This document shows positions 41,781 to 55,923 of a stretch of DNA of 64,000 nucleotides, in pieces. The stretch covers positions 81,470,001-81,534,000 of the forward strand of contig NC_087436.1 of the NCBI RefSeq assembly GCF_036321535.1. Reading direction: 5' to 3'. Both the position numbers and the translations under genes were made by a program. How positions within the stretch are numbered: the first letter of the stretch is position 1; each line of letters starts with the position of its first letter. This stretch comes from Camelus dromedarius (taxonomy: Eukaryota). Under the pieces are notes generated by a model. It was not told the origin of the DNA, searched no databases, and saw only the letters and a list, made by a program, of their open reading frames with translations.

Positions 41781-42619
41781 ACTCTACCTGTTTCTAAAAA
41801 TATACTCTTCCCTTTATCCGTAAGGCTGCATCACGTAACATCCAAGAGCTCTCCTTTGCAAGGCAATTTTACACAAAAGGAGTCCACTTAAATGGAGAAG
41901 GTAACGTTGAAAAACTCAGACGCAAACCCTGAAGAGAGTACCACGATGAAATGGCAAATGCCAAACCAAGGAAGACAGAGACAGAAGAGAGCTTGCCATC
42001 TATGGCATCTGGTCACTGGTAACTTAGCATGGAGCAGTGCGCACAGAAGTGGGTTCCAGTGAGTTGGGGAGTGAGCAGGAGCTGACGAAGAGGAAACAGG
42101 GAGAGTAATATCAATAAACATTTATTAAGTGCCTAGTCTGTGCCAGGAGCTGTGCTAAGCTTCAGAAATACCACTGGGAGCAAGCCTGACAGTCTCTGCC
42201 TGTAAGGAGCTCATAGTCTAGTGGGAACTGAGACACTGAAAAGAAACAATATAAAAATAGTGTGATGATGATTTGACAAAGAAAACAGAGGGTGATGTGG
42301 AAGCATGTCAGAGAGGCACTGACACTGGATTCAGGGACGACAGACATTTACATAGGAAAAATCCTGCAAATCCTAGTCCTCCTCCTAGGTGACATCTCTG
42401 GCCTCCTCGACAGTCAGGGGTGGCCATGGAACTGAGTTCTAGCCAGTGGAATGTAAACAGAGGAAAGCACATCGCGTCTGGGCCTGTCCAATAAAAGTTC
42501 CTCCATGCTCTTATCCCATTCTGCTCTTTGGAGAACTTAGATGCCACCACGTGACTATGTCAGAGCCTTCAACAGCCTGGCTCCTCAGATCACTGACTAG
42601 ATGGCCTACATTTCTAACT

Positions 42620-42885
42620 ACAGGTAATAATACTCTATTGCATATTTGAAAGTTGCAGAGAGAGTAGGTCTTAACAGTTCTCGTTACAAGAAAAATATTT
42701 TTGTAACTATGTATGGTGACAGATGTTAACTAGACATATCGCGATGATCATTTTGCAGTATACACAGATACAGAATCATTACGCTGTATACCTGAAATTA
42801 ATATACTGCTACATGTCTGTTACAGCTCAATAAAAATGTATATTTGAAGTAGATCATTAAATATACTTTATATCAATAAAAAAGA
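42620..42885 (+). mobile_element. LINE-1 (L1MA-like) 3' UTR fragment
   Basis: TTGAAAGTTGCAGAGAGAGTAG...AACTATGTATGGTGACAGATGTTAACTAG...CTCAATAAA. Confidence 0.75.
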
Positions 42886-43604
42886 GATAAGGTGTAGCCA
42901 GAATGATACAAATGTAGAAGACATTAGGCATCGAATTGTGAAGGGAAATGAAAAGCCAAGGGAGGAAGAACTTTTAAAACATACAAATATTTGAAAAATG
43001 GATAAAGACCAATAAAAGAGACGGATAATTCTTGGTTATAGGAGTAGGAAGGAACCGGGAAACAGTTAACTTCAACCCAGTTTAACATGACTGCCACTCA
43101 CGCACCAGCTAATAATATTCATGACACTTGTCCTAGATTCATTCCATTGTTCCTAAGTGTCTCCCACGTGAACCAGTTCTCTACTGGTTCTTGGCATTTG
43201 CCGCCATCTCTTATTTAGAATCTCCGCTTCATTAGGATTGAGAATTAGTACCTGCCTTTCTGGCTCATCTTGCTCTGGCTCCTGGTTCTAGTCTTGCCTT
43301 CAGGAACTTTGGATTCGATTATTTTACTGTCTCTCTGAGCATTACATTATAAAAGACAGCTCTCCATCTAGCCAATCCCTTAGAAAGTGGCCATGACCCA
43401 GGCCAGCTAACACTAGTGCAAACGAACATGTATTGGCTACTTACTAAAGCCAGGCACTGTATTAACTAGTTTAGTTTGTTTTAACAATAAATCTATACAT
43501 GCATATTTGTACTTGCCCCATATTCAGATGAAGTAACTGAGGTCACACAGGTGAGGGTGAACCAGAATCCCAACCAGGCAGCCTGGCCAGAGTCTGCGTT
43601 CTTT

Positions 43605-43965
43605 TTTTTTCAGTCAATTCTGGGGTGTTTGTTGTTGTTGTTGTTTTAATTGAAGTATAGTCAATTCACAATGTTGCATTAGTTTCCGGTGTGCAGCATA
43701 GTGATTCATTTATACATATATATATATATATGTATTCTTTTTCATAGTCTTTTTCATTATAGCCATTACAAGATATTGAATATAGTTCCCTGAGCTATAC
43801 AGTAGGACCTTGTTGTTTATCTGTTTTATGTATAATAATAACTGCAAATCTTGAAAACCCAATTTATCTCTCCATGCCCTGCTCCTTCCCTCCTGGTAAA
43901 CTGTAAGTTTGTTCTCTATGTCTGTGAATCTTTCTCTGTCTTATAAATAAGTTCATTTGTGTCCT
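43605..43965 (-). mobile_element. LINE-1 3' UTR fragment inserted in a MIR
   Basis: Reverse complement resembles 45455-45770; both flanks are MIR-like. Confidence 0.85.
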
Positions 43966-44049
43966 TTCCCACTATGTTATGCTGCCCTTCATGTGCTTGC
44001 TGGCCAGTTCATCCAATTTCAAACAAAGGGCAGATTTTGAAAATTCCCA

Positions 44050-44950
44050 GCTTGAAAAATCAAAGGAAGATGACATTCAAGAAGAATTCAGTGAACACTT
44101 AACATTTCCAAACATTACAGAGAAGTAAAACATTGGGGGCTAAAAAAGAAGCCAATGGATTATTAATCACTTAGAGGTCAATGGCCTTCTCCATGGCATC
44201 CTATTCCATCAGAACAGCGATGGTAATAGAATTGGGACCATCTGTGAAATGAGAATTTAAATAGGCACTAAATTCAGACTACTGAGAATGAGGAAAGAGA
44301 GTCAGAGAGGGGCAAACTTGAGGGGGCAGGGACATTCTAAATAACTTCTGTTACATGAGAATCGGGTGGGAGGTCTTCTATCAGAAGCAGCTGCTGGAGG
44401 AGAAGAGACAGCTGACACAAGACGGGGAGCAACTGACAGAGCCCAGGGGCAGAGGGTGGAATTAAGAACACTGGTGGGTGACTGCCTCGGGGAGCTCCTC
44501 ATGGAGGAACTAATTCGGCAGGGAAGATTGCAGACAGAGTCAGGAGGTGGAAGGGGAAATTGAGAGCTCACATGCCTGCGGCCATCTGTTTTCTCCAGGA
44601 AGTAGGAGGCAAGCCTCCTGCAAAGAACAGAGCGGTTGAATTGGAGCTCACTCACTCAGAGCTTGCAACAAAAATTGTGAAAGGACTGTAACGGCCACCA
44701 AGGGAAATGGGATAGGGACCTGATGAGACACGTAAGTAAAAGGATTGCTAAGTAGCAACGAGGGCCCAGCTGAAGATGAGGCTCATACACTTATAATGGA
44801 GGAAATCAGCCTGATTGTGCGATTTCCCCAGCTGGGCTCAGGCTTCAGCAGGAGCAAACAGTTGGGCTGATGTGAATGAGGGTTTGGAGAACAGAGAGCT
44901 GCAGAGGGCAGGGAGGTTAAGAAAATAGAGTATCTGAGACTTTCTTTAAA
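44050..44950 (-). mobile_element. LINE-2 ORF2 relic
   Basis: Peptide LASYFLEKT, homologous to the L2 segment near 29200. Confidence 0.65.
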
Positions 44951-45317
44951 ATCTTCATGGTTCCAGGCTAAGGAGGAAAAATGTTAATCCAGCAGGAGAA
45001 GGACGGGCTCAGAGAACAGGGGAGCCTTTAAAGATTCACGTCTATAAGTAGATACAGGCAGAGACAGGAGGTAAGAGAAGGGACAATGTTAACGTGTGAC
45101 AATAATCTGGCTTATAATTTTCCTCTCTGTTTCTTTCCTTCTGCTTAAATCTCCATGCCAATGAATTATTTAAAATGTAAAATTAACTAGATTTTCACTA
45201 CATACTAGTTACTCTCCAACTTATATTTTCGCTAGTTAAATTAAGTTTCTCTTGTTGGTCACCTGAAATCTAAAGTTCAGTCATTCAATATCAGTTCAGG
45301 TGTGATGCCATGATAAA

Positions 45318-45770
45318 GAATAAAATTATGTCTGCAGCAACATGGATGGACCTGGAGAATGTCATTCTAAGTGAAGTAAGCCAGAAAGAGAAAGAAAAAT
45401 ACCATATGATATCACTCATATATGGAATCTAAAAAAGGGAAAAAGAAGACATTAATGAACTTATTTACAAAGCAGAAACAGACTCACAGACATAAAAAAC
45501 AAACCTATGGTTACCAGGGGAAAAGAGGGTGGGAAAGGATGAATTGGAGTTCTAGATTTGTAAATATTAACTAGCATATATAAAATAGATAAACAACAAG
45601 TTTCTTCTGAATAGCACAGGGAATTATATTCAATATCTTGTAGTAACCTATAATGAAAAAGAATATGAAAACAAATATATCTATGTATATGTATGACTGA
45701 AACATTATGCTGTACACCAGAAATTGACACATTATAAACTGACTATACTTCAGTTGGGAAAAAAAAAAAA
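45318..45770 (+). mobile_element. 5'-truncated LINE-1 3' end with poly(A)
   Basis: GCAACATGGATGGACCTGGAGAATGTCATTCTAAGTGAAGTAAGCCAG (ORF2 end), 3' UTR and A tail. Confidence 0.93.
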
Positions 45771-47413
45771 GCAGCTCCTTTGAGTAAAGGGGTCACCAGT
45801 GCACACTGTTTGGCAGGTGAAGGGCAGCCTGGGGTTTAGCCCCTACACACTCCATCATCTATGTGCCCTGAACAAGGGCACATTTTCCCCAGCCATATTT
45901 TCCAGTCCCAGATGAGCTCAAAGGAAAAAAAAATAATATATTTAACATTGTATCTCCCTGGATTGGGAGTAAAAACTTGATTTTATGGATTAAAATCTTC
46001 TGTGGAAAACATTTTTAATGATAAAAAATAAAAGTAAATATAGATGAAGAGCATAGCTAAGAGGACTGTAAAGTATGTGTCTTTAAATAAAAGAAACCGC
46101 ATGTCAAATGAAGTGGCAAAATTCTCTCTCTGATAGTGACTGACTCCTCCATCAAACAGAGAAGCTTAAAATGCAGTGGTTCAAAACTGGACTCATAACT
46201 TGGACATGTACAGTGAAATTCACTTGACGAGGTCAAATACTTTATATAAATTTAACGAATCCAGGAATAGAGAGCAGAACGAGGGAATGATAGGGCTGTC
46301 ACTCGAACTTCTAAAAGATGTCCTCCTTTGTCCTCAGCTTCCACATTCAAATCCATGATTAGCAAGACAGCTCACACTATAAACAGAATATGATGCTGTA
46401 ATGAGCCAGAAGCATGACTCTGTAGAGACAGAGGCCAAGTACCTTCCCTCTGAGCTTTATGAAAAAGCTCCTCGAAGCCTTGGTATTTTTAGTTACAATA
46501 TTTTTAACACCTACCTTCTCTCCTTTTGTTTTTCTTATAAGTCATCTTAGTCTACAGATAGAATGGACAGGTTTCTTAGAGCAGTAAATGAGAACGGCTT
46601 CTGGAATCTGAAGAACAGCCATTGCTATCTGTTACTTAGCATAATTTAATTGAAGACACTGCCTCCTTTCTGTGAGGAATGTTGGCTTTTCCAAGATGCT
46701 TTGGACAGTGCAGGATTAAGCCTTTAGGTATTTGTGCTTGGGTTATAGGTTATTTTTTTTTTAATGTAACCATGAATGCAGTTTAATCCTAACAATCAAG
46801 ATTTATGCATCTGGCAAAAGAGTACATGAACCATAAACTAACTTTATGTCTGCAATGAAAATATCTACTGATGCCCTTGAAGACAGGTTCTAAAAGAAAT
46901 AAGAATCAGTGTCACTTAACCATTTAATCTTTGGGCTTGAAGTAGAAACTGAAAAAATAAATAATTTGTTTACTTATATTTCTACCTTTAAGGACATTAG
47001 TTTTATATCAATAACTGATTTACAGAGAAGACGCAATTACCTGTAAGTAAATAATCATCTATGGAAGTTAAATGACTATTTTTTCCTTCTGCCAAGAAAA
47101 ATGCTTCTGGGTTACAAACTCTTGCTGTCAATTTTAACTACAGGGATATAAGTTAATTAAAAATTTACTGAAGAAAGACAGAATTCAGAATAAATCTGCA
47201 TAATACTTTGCAAAACCAAATATAGCTGTTAGGATTTTATACTACCAATCCCTCTAGCATCAGTCATTGCACTGGCAGTTATAATGTTTTTTCCTGCAAA
47301 TATACTACCATTAAACTCCTCCCCATGATTTCTCAAAGTCCACATTTTCTCTGTGAAGGAAAAAAAGGTTATATTTACAAGTCTTAATCATTAATGAAGA
47401 AATACAGCAAGTA

Positions 47414-47529
47414 GCAGGGAGGGCATAGCTCAGTGGCAGAGTGCATGCTTAGCATGCACAAGGTCCGGGGTTCGATCCCCAGTACCTCCACTTAAAAAAA
47501 AAGTACATATATACATATAATTTTTAAAA
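47414..47529 (+). mobile_element. tRNA-derived SINE (Vic-1-like), short form
   Basis: Intact A box TAGCTCAGTGG and B box GGTTCGATCC; perfect 17-bp TSD AAGAAATACAGCAAGTA (47397-47413 and 47530-47546). Confidence 0.9.
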
Positions 47530-50500
47530 AAGAAATACAGCAAGTAAATATCTGGGGCTACGCAGCAGGGCCAAGAATAACACTGAAGTGTAGAAGAAGA
47601 ATACACTGTCTCATTCTGTCCTATTGCATTGGACCTATTCAACCTCAACCATCTTACCCATATAAAAGGCAGTATTTGAAGCTAAGTGCGCCTTGTATCA
47701 ATCAATAAGGTTGCAGTTAAGGGTCTAAATGGTACAATTAACGGAAAATAAAAGGGACACAAAATGTACTGATTTTCCAGAAGTAGTACATGTCCACTGG
47801 TCGGGGGGCTAAATGGAAGTGTGTGATTAAAGCTGCACCATTTAGTGTAATGGCTCATTAAGAGCTCCAAGAAGAGAAATGTGCCACAGGATGATGAGTG
47901 ATGTCTCCAGAAACAAAATAAAATCATCATCGGGGACCCATTGATCAAGTCTCTTTTGTGTTATTCAGGAAGTCTGATCCCCCATCTCTCTTCATACCGT
48001 CAACCTCATTACTATAAAATATGTCCATCCAAATTCTGTACTTAAAGATGGTTAGCTAGGTCTGTGTAGCCATACTGCAAATTTAAAAAATAATATTTAA
48101 AATTTGTATAAATACTGTAAATAACCTTGTTTAACTGAAGCTCAGATTGAAAGACAGGAATGGAAAAGGCCAGATGCTTCTTTACCAGACTCAACCACCG
48201 AGCATTAGTTAAGTCATTTTTTAAATCCCATATTCTCATCTATAATATGCAAACAATATGCACAGTCTGAAGATTAAGCAACTGTTACAAATGTTAACCT
48301 TTTGCAATTTTCTGTTGATAGAAAAGAGTAACATTAAGTCTACCTTCCTTGAATCTACTAAAAGTCATGACAATATCAGATTTATAAGTTAATTTCACAT
48401 ATCTAGTTTGTTTTATACTTTTTGAGTCCTGTGAGATACTGATATTATCTCCGAACAGATGAATAAACCAAGATTCTGTGAGAAAAAGTTAAATATTATC
48501 ATTGATAAAACACAATGAAAAATTCAATTATTCTCAGATGTAAGTGTATTTATAACTATAATGACTGAACATGATAATATAAGGTATTTTAAAGTATCTA
48601 TAGTTGAATCAATATTTAAATGTGCAAATATTTTACATAATTCAGATAATTTACTTAATAAATTTCCCTCCTAATCTTAATCAGCAATATAAAGATACTG
48701 AATATCTTATCATCATGTACCCTAACATTGCCAAAGTTCAATCTCTTTTGTTCTGGTATATGTCTACAGATATCCCCTAACTTTGCCAGTCATTTTGTAA
48801 GTGTGTGCCATTATTTCAAGGGTGATTAAATCAGAGTCTAAATGGAGGAGCTCCAATTCATCATCAAGATGAGAAAAGCTGCATCAGTGAGTCAATAACG
48901 TCTTTTTTTTTAATAAAAATGAGCACATTAAAAAGAGGGGACTTTCCATAAACCATTTTTTAAAGCACATAGAAACTATTATTATTTGAAGAATATTCCA
49001 TGAATGATAACTGCTCTATGAATATGACTCTACTTGGCATTATTATCAGTAATTTTTTTGAGCACTTGAACAAAGCAGAGATTTCTGAGGGGTTGTTTTT
49101 TGGTTCTGTTGGTTTGTTGTGTTTGGTTTGGTTTTCGATGAATGCCCTGGCCTACACACAGTAATGCTACTTACTAGTACTATGTGGAAATCAGATGGCA
49201 AAGATTGAAACTATGTTCCACAATTAAAAAAAACAAACCACCAAGAAAACCCCTTTTTCTTCCCCCTCTACTAAGGCATGGAGGAGTTCTTCAGTCGACA
49301 GTGTAGACTATCTGCCTTATCCATTATCACTACCCTTAAAGAAACTCTACTCTGAGGGGCACGATTACCACCGTTCCCTCAGTTCCCTTTTGCTAGGTGG
49401 ATATTAAGTCACATCTATGTTTTTCCACCATTTTAAATCCTATTTGGAAGCAAACTAGGTTCAAACACGTATGCATCTGTACCTACGTGCCAAAACAAAA
49501 TACCCACAGCATCAGGTGCTGGGCCAAGGAAGGAGCCATAGATAACGTGCTGTAACTGACTCAGTTTCCTGTACCAAAGTGTTTCTTATAGAATGTTTTC
49601 TATCCCTGTCCTCCTCAGTGGACACACACACATATTAAATAGAAAAAAAAAGCCACAAGCACAGGAATTCTAGACTTCTCTTCAGCCTATCGAACCCTTA
49701 ATGTGACCAAGCTGATGGGACACTGCTAGGCAGGATCACTATACTCACTGGTATCCACTTACTAAAGAAGGTGATGGACTAAGAATATGTGAACACCCAA
49801 GGTTCTGCTGAACATGCCTGGAAATTTAAACCTTACATTATTTGTCTGCACAATAGCTTGTTGCTATAGACCACTAAATGAAGGATGACCAGAAATAATT
49901 TTTTAAATTTTTGTGAAAAACAAAAGATATACATCCCATATACACAAAATGCATGTGTGTATAATATACAGCATATACATTCAGTTAAGATAAACTAATC
50001 CATTGGACTAGTATGTATATAAATTACATGTACATAGATATTATATTATAGGTTACATATTGGTTTTACATTCTTTATGTATATGTATACATGGATATAC
50101 ATCCAATCTTAAAATAGATTAATCCACTGCATTATTTCCAGGGCATCTTATAACTATAGTTATTTCTACTTTGATTAAATTCTATCATCTAGCTCTAATT
50201 GGAATTTTTAGGAAAGTTTAGTTAACATAAAGTGTATAATCTTATTTCTAAATATTTAATTTTCTAGGCACAGATTTTTTACAATGAGGCACTGCTAGTT
50301 TATGCTTTTTCAGTATTAAGCTTACATCTTTGCTATAAATACCCTATGTAAGATCAACTTGCAAAGCTGGATGATCACATGCAGATGACAAAGAGTACAA
50401 GCCCAAGAAAGAAAAGATACAGTTTTACTTTCTGTCATTTAAAATTGTACAATTATGTACATCAATTATGCTTCAATAATAAATAAATTTTTAAAATAAA

Positions 50501-52914
50501 AAAATGAAAAGCATCACAGCCATGAAATAAAGGAACAAATAAATAAACAAATAAGTAACCTGTACAATCAGCTCTTTTCAGTTAAGGAGCAGACCAAAGT
50601 TGGCAAGTCTTCTCTGCTAAACTAGGTTGCTGAATTTTACCACCACTTTCACTGTCAGTTTGAATCATCTTTGGAGAAAGAACTGAGAAAACAGAACTGT
50701 GTCTTGGCTTGGCAAGCAACAGCAGGACAGAAGTGAGAGAGGACAAAGAGCTTCCTGCTGTTGATTTCTTCCTACCTTCTTTTTTGTTGTTGTTCTGGAG
50801 CTGGTAGTAGAAACAATGCTAATAGGATCCTCTTCTGATGATTGGAAAAAGGCTCTGAAATGATTTATTCATCTGGCTCCTGACCACTGTTGTTAAAAAC
50901 AAATTTTACAGACTGCTCTACTGTTCCCCACCTAGGAAGCTACCGAGGATGTCTCAGCTCACGTGGAGAAGGAGAATGAATAATCATTGTTTCAGTGGAT
51001 AATCTTAATTTTTTTCCTTAGAATTAGAATTTTTTTCATTTATTCCAAAAGGTTTCACATTAGATTTTATTTAATGATTCTCAATAACAACATTGTTGGT
51101 CTACCAACCATACTGAATGAAAAAAATAGCATGATAATGATTAGCTCCTTTTGAAGGTATTTTAGAATTGCCTATATGTTTTCCCAGTAGTAAGTAGGCA
51201 ATGAAGCAATCCAAAGAGAGGAAAGAAAGTCTAAGAAACCAGTAACCATTTTAAGCTAACTGGAACAGCAGAAATGAGAATTCATGTCAAACAAGTTAGG
51301 AGGATGGAGCTTCTGCGGCATAAGTACCAACATGTCAACAATTATACTTGAAAAACAAAATCCTTTACACATACACACAGAATTTTATAGTGATATATGC
51401 CAAAATAAAAGAAATGATGATGAAAATCCCTTTTGGAACTGGTTCCTCCACATTTTATTCCTGCTCTAAAGAAAATAAAGTAGAATAAATAAGTCATCTA
51501 TTTCAGATTGTCTGCCCTCCACCTCCTCCTGGAGACCCCAAGTACTCCCAGTTTCCAATTTCTCCCAGTTACTATACTCAGGATTCTGTGGTACATTCAA
51601 AATATGCAAATCTGAGTTTTCATAAACAGAGGTAAGGACAGATTTTAGAAGCATGTCAGGGATTAGATGTGTGTTCGGTGTGAGAGAAGTGGATGAACTC
51701 ACCATTGATAAAAGGAAATTCAATTAAAGGCAGGTGGATAGAGAGGACAAATTAATACAAAAATAGATCTTCAAGAAGAACAGTACATTAAAAACCCAAG
51801 TTATGAAAAGTAAACAAAGACAACTCAAGCTAGGTTGAGGAAGAGGGACGAGGAAGACACCATCATACTCATGGCCAAAAAAGAATGTACTGGAATTGTG
51901 GCATCTATGTACATGGTAGAGTGGCAGACTGGAAGATGAGGGAGAGAAATATGCCAGCTCACTGCTGCCCCTTCATCTTGCTCTTTGCTAGTTTTATTTT
52001 CCTCAGCTGCAGACCAAAAGACTAATATTAATCCCAGGCAACTTCAAGGCTAACATTTTGAAATTCAGGTGTCCTTTTGCTGACTAATTTGTTGTAAAAC
52101 TGGTTTAAAAATTTTACTCAAGGACTTATTATTTACTGAAATTTATTTCAGTTACTATACCTAAGACCTTGGATGATTTCCATCCTGTACAAGGAGAAAT
52201 AGAGGCCCAATATGCCCTATAAAACATACTACAAAATTCTTAGTACTAGTAGATTTTCAAATCTTTCTGGGACAATCTGTTAACTTCTTGAGCAAAATGC
52301 TGCTTTGGGTCTATTTTTGAATCATTAGAAGTCTATCAATTTCCTTTTACCAGTATTCCTCATTTTTGTGGCAGTTTTATTTGAAAGGCAATGAAATAAT
52401 TCTAATGAATATTTGAGCATCCAAACTGAGGCTCTTTGGAAAACTTTCTCTGTTCTACAATTTTCCATTTAAAAAAGGTAACCAGGAATCACTCTGCTTT
52501 CTCCATCTCCTCCTTCATAAGAATTTTTTGTCTTGGTTTATTTCCTATTTCACTTTGCAAGTTTTTATGAAAGCAGTGATTTCCTAAACAAAGTTCCCAC
52601 TCTCCAAGTGGTATACAAGCCATCCAGTGGAATACAGAAGAAAATATAAACATATATTGTAATCTAAAAAATATATTAAACCTTACTAATAATTAATATT
52701 GGCCCTGCTCAAGCACACTTTATCCTCCCAGTGTTGGTCACATATTACCTAGGGTAAAAGATGCAACTTGAAAGGAAAAAGAGAATTTCACAATTTGGAG
52801 AGGGTTAACAGAGGCACCGTGAATGCCTTCTTTTGACAGCATTATAGTTTAATGTGCCTGCTTTTAGGAGATTTATAGCAATTATCTTAATGGTAGAGTC
52901 TTTACTACACTACA

Positions 52915-53614
52915 TGTATTAGTATTATTACCATGACAATCCACAACAAACTTAGCTGCTCAAACAACATAAATTTATTATCTTACAGTTCTCTAGGTCA
53001 GAGGTCCTACATGAGTCCCACTGGGCTGTCAGCAGACCGAGTTCCTTTCTGGAGGTGCTGGAGGACAATCTGTTTCCTTTCTCATTCAGGTTTGTTGGCA
53101 AATTCAGTTCCCCACAGTGGTATGACTGAGGTCTCCATCTTCTTGCTAACTGTCAGCTGAGGGCCATTCCCAGCTTCCAGAAGCTGCCCCACTCCTTGGA
53201 CCCTGACATTCTTTATCTTCAAAACCCCAGCAACAATAAGGCAAACCCATCTCATGCTTTGAATCTCTTCTCTCTTTTCTCTCATTGCATTTCTCTGACC
53301 CACTCTTCTTCCTTCCTTTTCCACTTTTAAGAACTCATGTGCCTAGACTGGTCCCACCTGGATATTCCAGGATAATCTCCCATTTGAAAAGGTCCCTAAC
53401 CTTAATCACAACTGCAAAGCTCTTTTTGTCATGAAAGATAACATATCAAGGATTCTATAAAGGAGTATAGGTATGTATATGTATGACTGAAACATTATCC
53501 TGTACAGCAGAAATTGACAACATTGTAAGCTGACTGTACTTCAATTTTTTTAAATAAAGGATTTGGGGGATTATGCTCTAGGTATCTTTGAGAGACCATT
53601 ATTCTGCCTCCCAC
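52915..53614 (-). mobile_element. MaLR LTR (MLT1) containing a ~100-bp L1 3' end (53455-53556, TSD AAGGATT)
   Basis: CCACAACAAACTTAGCTGCTCAAACAACATAAATTTATTATCTTACAGTTCT...ATTATTCTGCCTCCCACA. Confidence 0.8.
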
Positions 53615-53949
53615 ACCATGAAATTGTTTTGTGTCACAAAGAGGTTCACTTGCATCCCTGTACCATAATAAATAAACATTGAAAATAAAAATTTTCTTAA
53701 CTGTTTAAATACCTACTAAATGAAAGATTTGGCCTATTATTTGAAAATATTAAAATGTCCCATCTTTCAAATTACAAAACAACCACTGAATGGCATTGAC
53801 ATTTACTAGATGAACTTCAATAAAAGCCTTGGTGTATTTGATGAATGAATTTTAAGTGCTAGTAAAAAGTTAGTTGGGTTCCAACCATGTACTTCTGCTT
53901 TTTGCATTGACTAAGCATTGAGAATGAACTTAAGACAAGCTGTCAACAC

Positions 53950-54640
53950 AAAGTGAAACTAAAATTTGTGTCCATGCAAAACCTGCACTCAGGTGTTTAA
54001 AACAGCTTTACTTCTAATTGTCAAAACTTAGAAGCATCCAAGATGTCCTAAAGTAGGTGAATGGATAAACTATGGTGCACACAGACTTTTAAATAATATT
54101 GAATATTATTCAATGCTAAAAAGAAATGAGGTTTCAATCCATGAAAAAACATGGCAGAAACTTAAATGCAAATTACTAAATGATTCAAAGCCAATCTGAA
54201 AAGGCTGTATTCTGTTTGATTCCAACTATACAACATTCTGAAAAAGGCAAACTATGGGAACAGTAAAAAGATCAATGGTTGCCAGGGGTTAGGGATAGGG
54301 AAAGGGATGAATGGGTGATTATATAGGATTTTTAGGGCAGCAGAAATACTTCGTATGATATCATAATAATGGATACATGTCATTTTACATTTCTCCAAAC
54401 CCAAAGAATGTACAACACCAAGAGTGAACCTTAATCTAAACTATGAATTTTGGTGATGATGATGTGTGAGTGTAGGTTCGTCAATTGTGATAAGTGTACC
54501 ACTCCGGTGGGGCATGTTGATACTGGAGGAGACTATGCATGTGTGTGGGCAGGGGACATATGGGAAGTCTCTGTACCTTCTCAATTTTGCTATGAACATA
54601 AAACTGCTCTTAAAATAGTCTTTAAAAAAGCAAAGAATAA
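53950..54640 (+). mobile_element. Ancient LINE-1 3' end (L1MB/L1MC-like)
   Basis: AAGCATCCAAGATGTCC...GGTGAATGGATAAAC...AAAGGCAAACTATG...CTCAATTTTGCTATGAAC. Confidence 0.85.
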
Positions 54641-55689
54641 AATAAGAAATAAAGAAAACCAGATTTTTACTTGTTTTATGAAATATAAGATGAAAGTTTG
54701 AAAAATAATTGTACACTGCTAGCTTTCTTTCACCAAAATAACATCATATCAAATGAGTGAAAAAAGGAGTTTTAAAATAAAATCTATTTAAAATGTTTAT
54801 TTTGTCTTCATCTCATCCTTTAAAAGGGATGTTTGTGTTTTTAAATGGACACTACTAATATAGCAGTAATTTATATAACATAAATATATTGGTATATGTA
54901 AATATTCTTCATAAATAAATAAACACAAATATACATATACTTACAGTGCATGTCCTAAATTTTTACTTATCGTTGTAAGCCACCAAGTTGAAAATTATTA
55001 TACTAATAAGTTTATACTAAATATATTTGGTTGCTAAATTATAAGTTAAAACTGCCTAAACAAAATGCTTATCAATCTGGTATCATCATTTTTGCAAAAG
55101 TTTTATAACAGGTAAGTCAGATCTTGATTTGTCATCATTTCAATTTGCCACTCAAAATCTCACAAAAGAATGGTTGCTAAGGAGCCCAGAATCTTTCCAC
55201 TTTGGAAATATTCAACAAAAATTTTCAAAATACCACTTTTTCGAATAGGTAACTGAATTTTAAACACTGAACTTTAAAAGTCACTGGCACATTTGAGATC
55301 TCATTTGTACTTCTTTAGAGTGTGGGAAATTTTATTTGCTGGTTATCTGAACACATGTTTCCTCACATCTTGATGTGAAAACATCCAAGTAAAATTTTCT
55401 AAATACTTTAGCAACAGATAGAAAACCTCTGTTTCTCCTGGTTTCTCCATGGTTGTTCTGTAATGGATTTTTTGGTGACTAGAAAAACTAGTCACAAGCA
55501 AGCATGTATATATTATAGGCCAGTGGGTAATAAATTACTGATAATGATCATAATTTTACTTTTCTTTGGTAGAATGGATTTTTCCCCTCTCAAGTCATGC
55601 TATTTATTTGTGTGTGTTTGTGTGTTTGTGGCTGGTCAGCACACACGGCATGTTCCCTTTACAAATTCAAGTTAAATCCATCCCACTTA

Positions 55690-55923
<234 letters not shown>

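Larger units (their letters stand above)
52573..54980. mobile_element. Fragmented hAT-Charlie-like DNA transposon, host of nested MLT1 and L1 insertions
   Basis: CAGTG-type start at 52573 (..ATCCAGTGGAATACAGAAGAAAATAT), hAT-like internal piece at ~53620-53950, and a Charlie-like end GTGCATGTCCTAAATTTTTTACT. Recognised from memory only. Confidence 0.5.

Noticed and set aside
41385..41891. Longest ORF (168 aa) and its overlapping ORFs
   Set aside because: Ser/Leu/Cys-rich products of the CT-rich tract, which lacks stop codons; no recognisable domain.
47414..47490. tRNA-Ala gene (also the copies at 3771 and 18612)
   Set aside because: A-rich tails and TSDs show these are SINE insertions.
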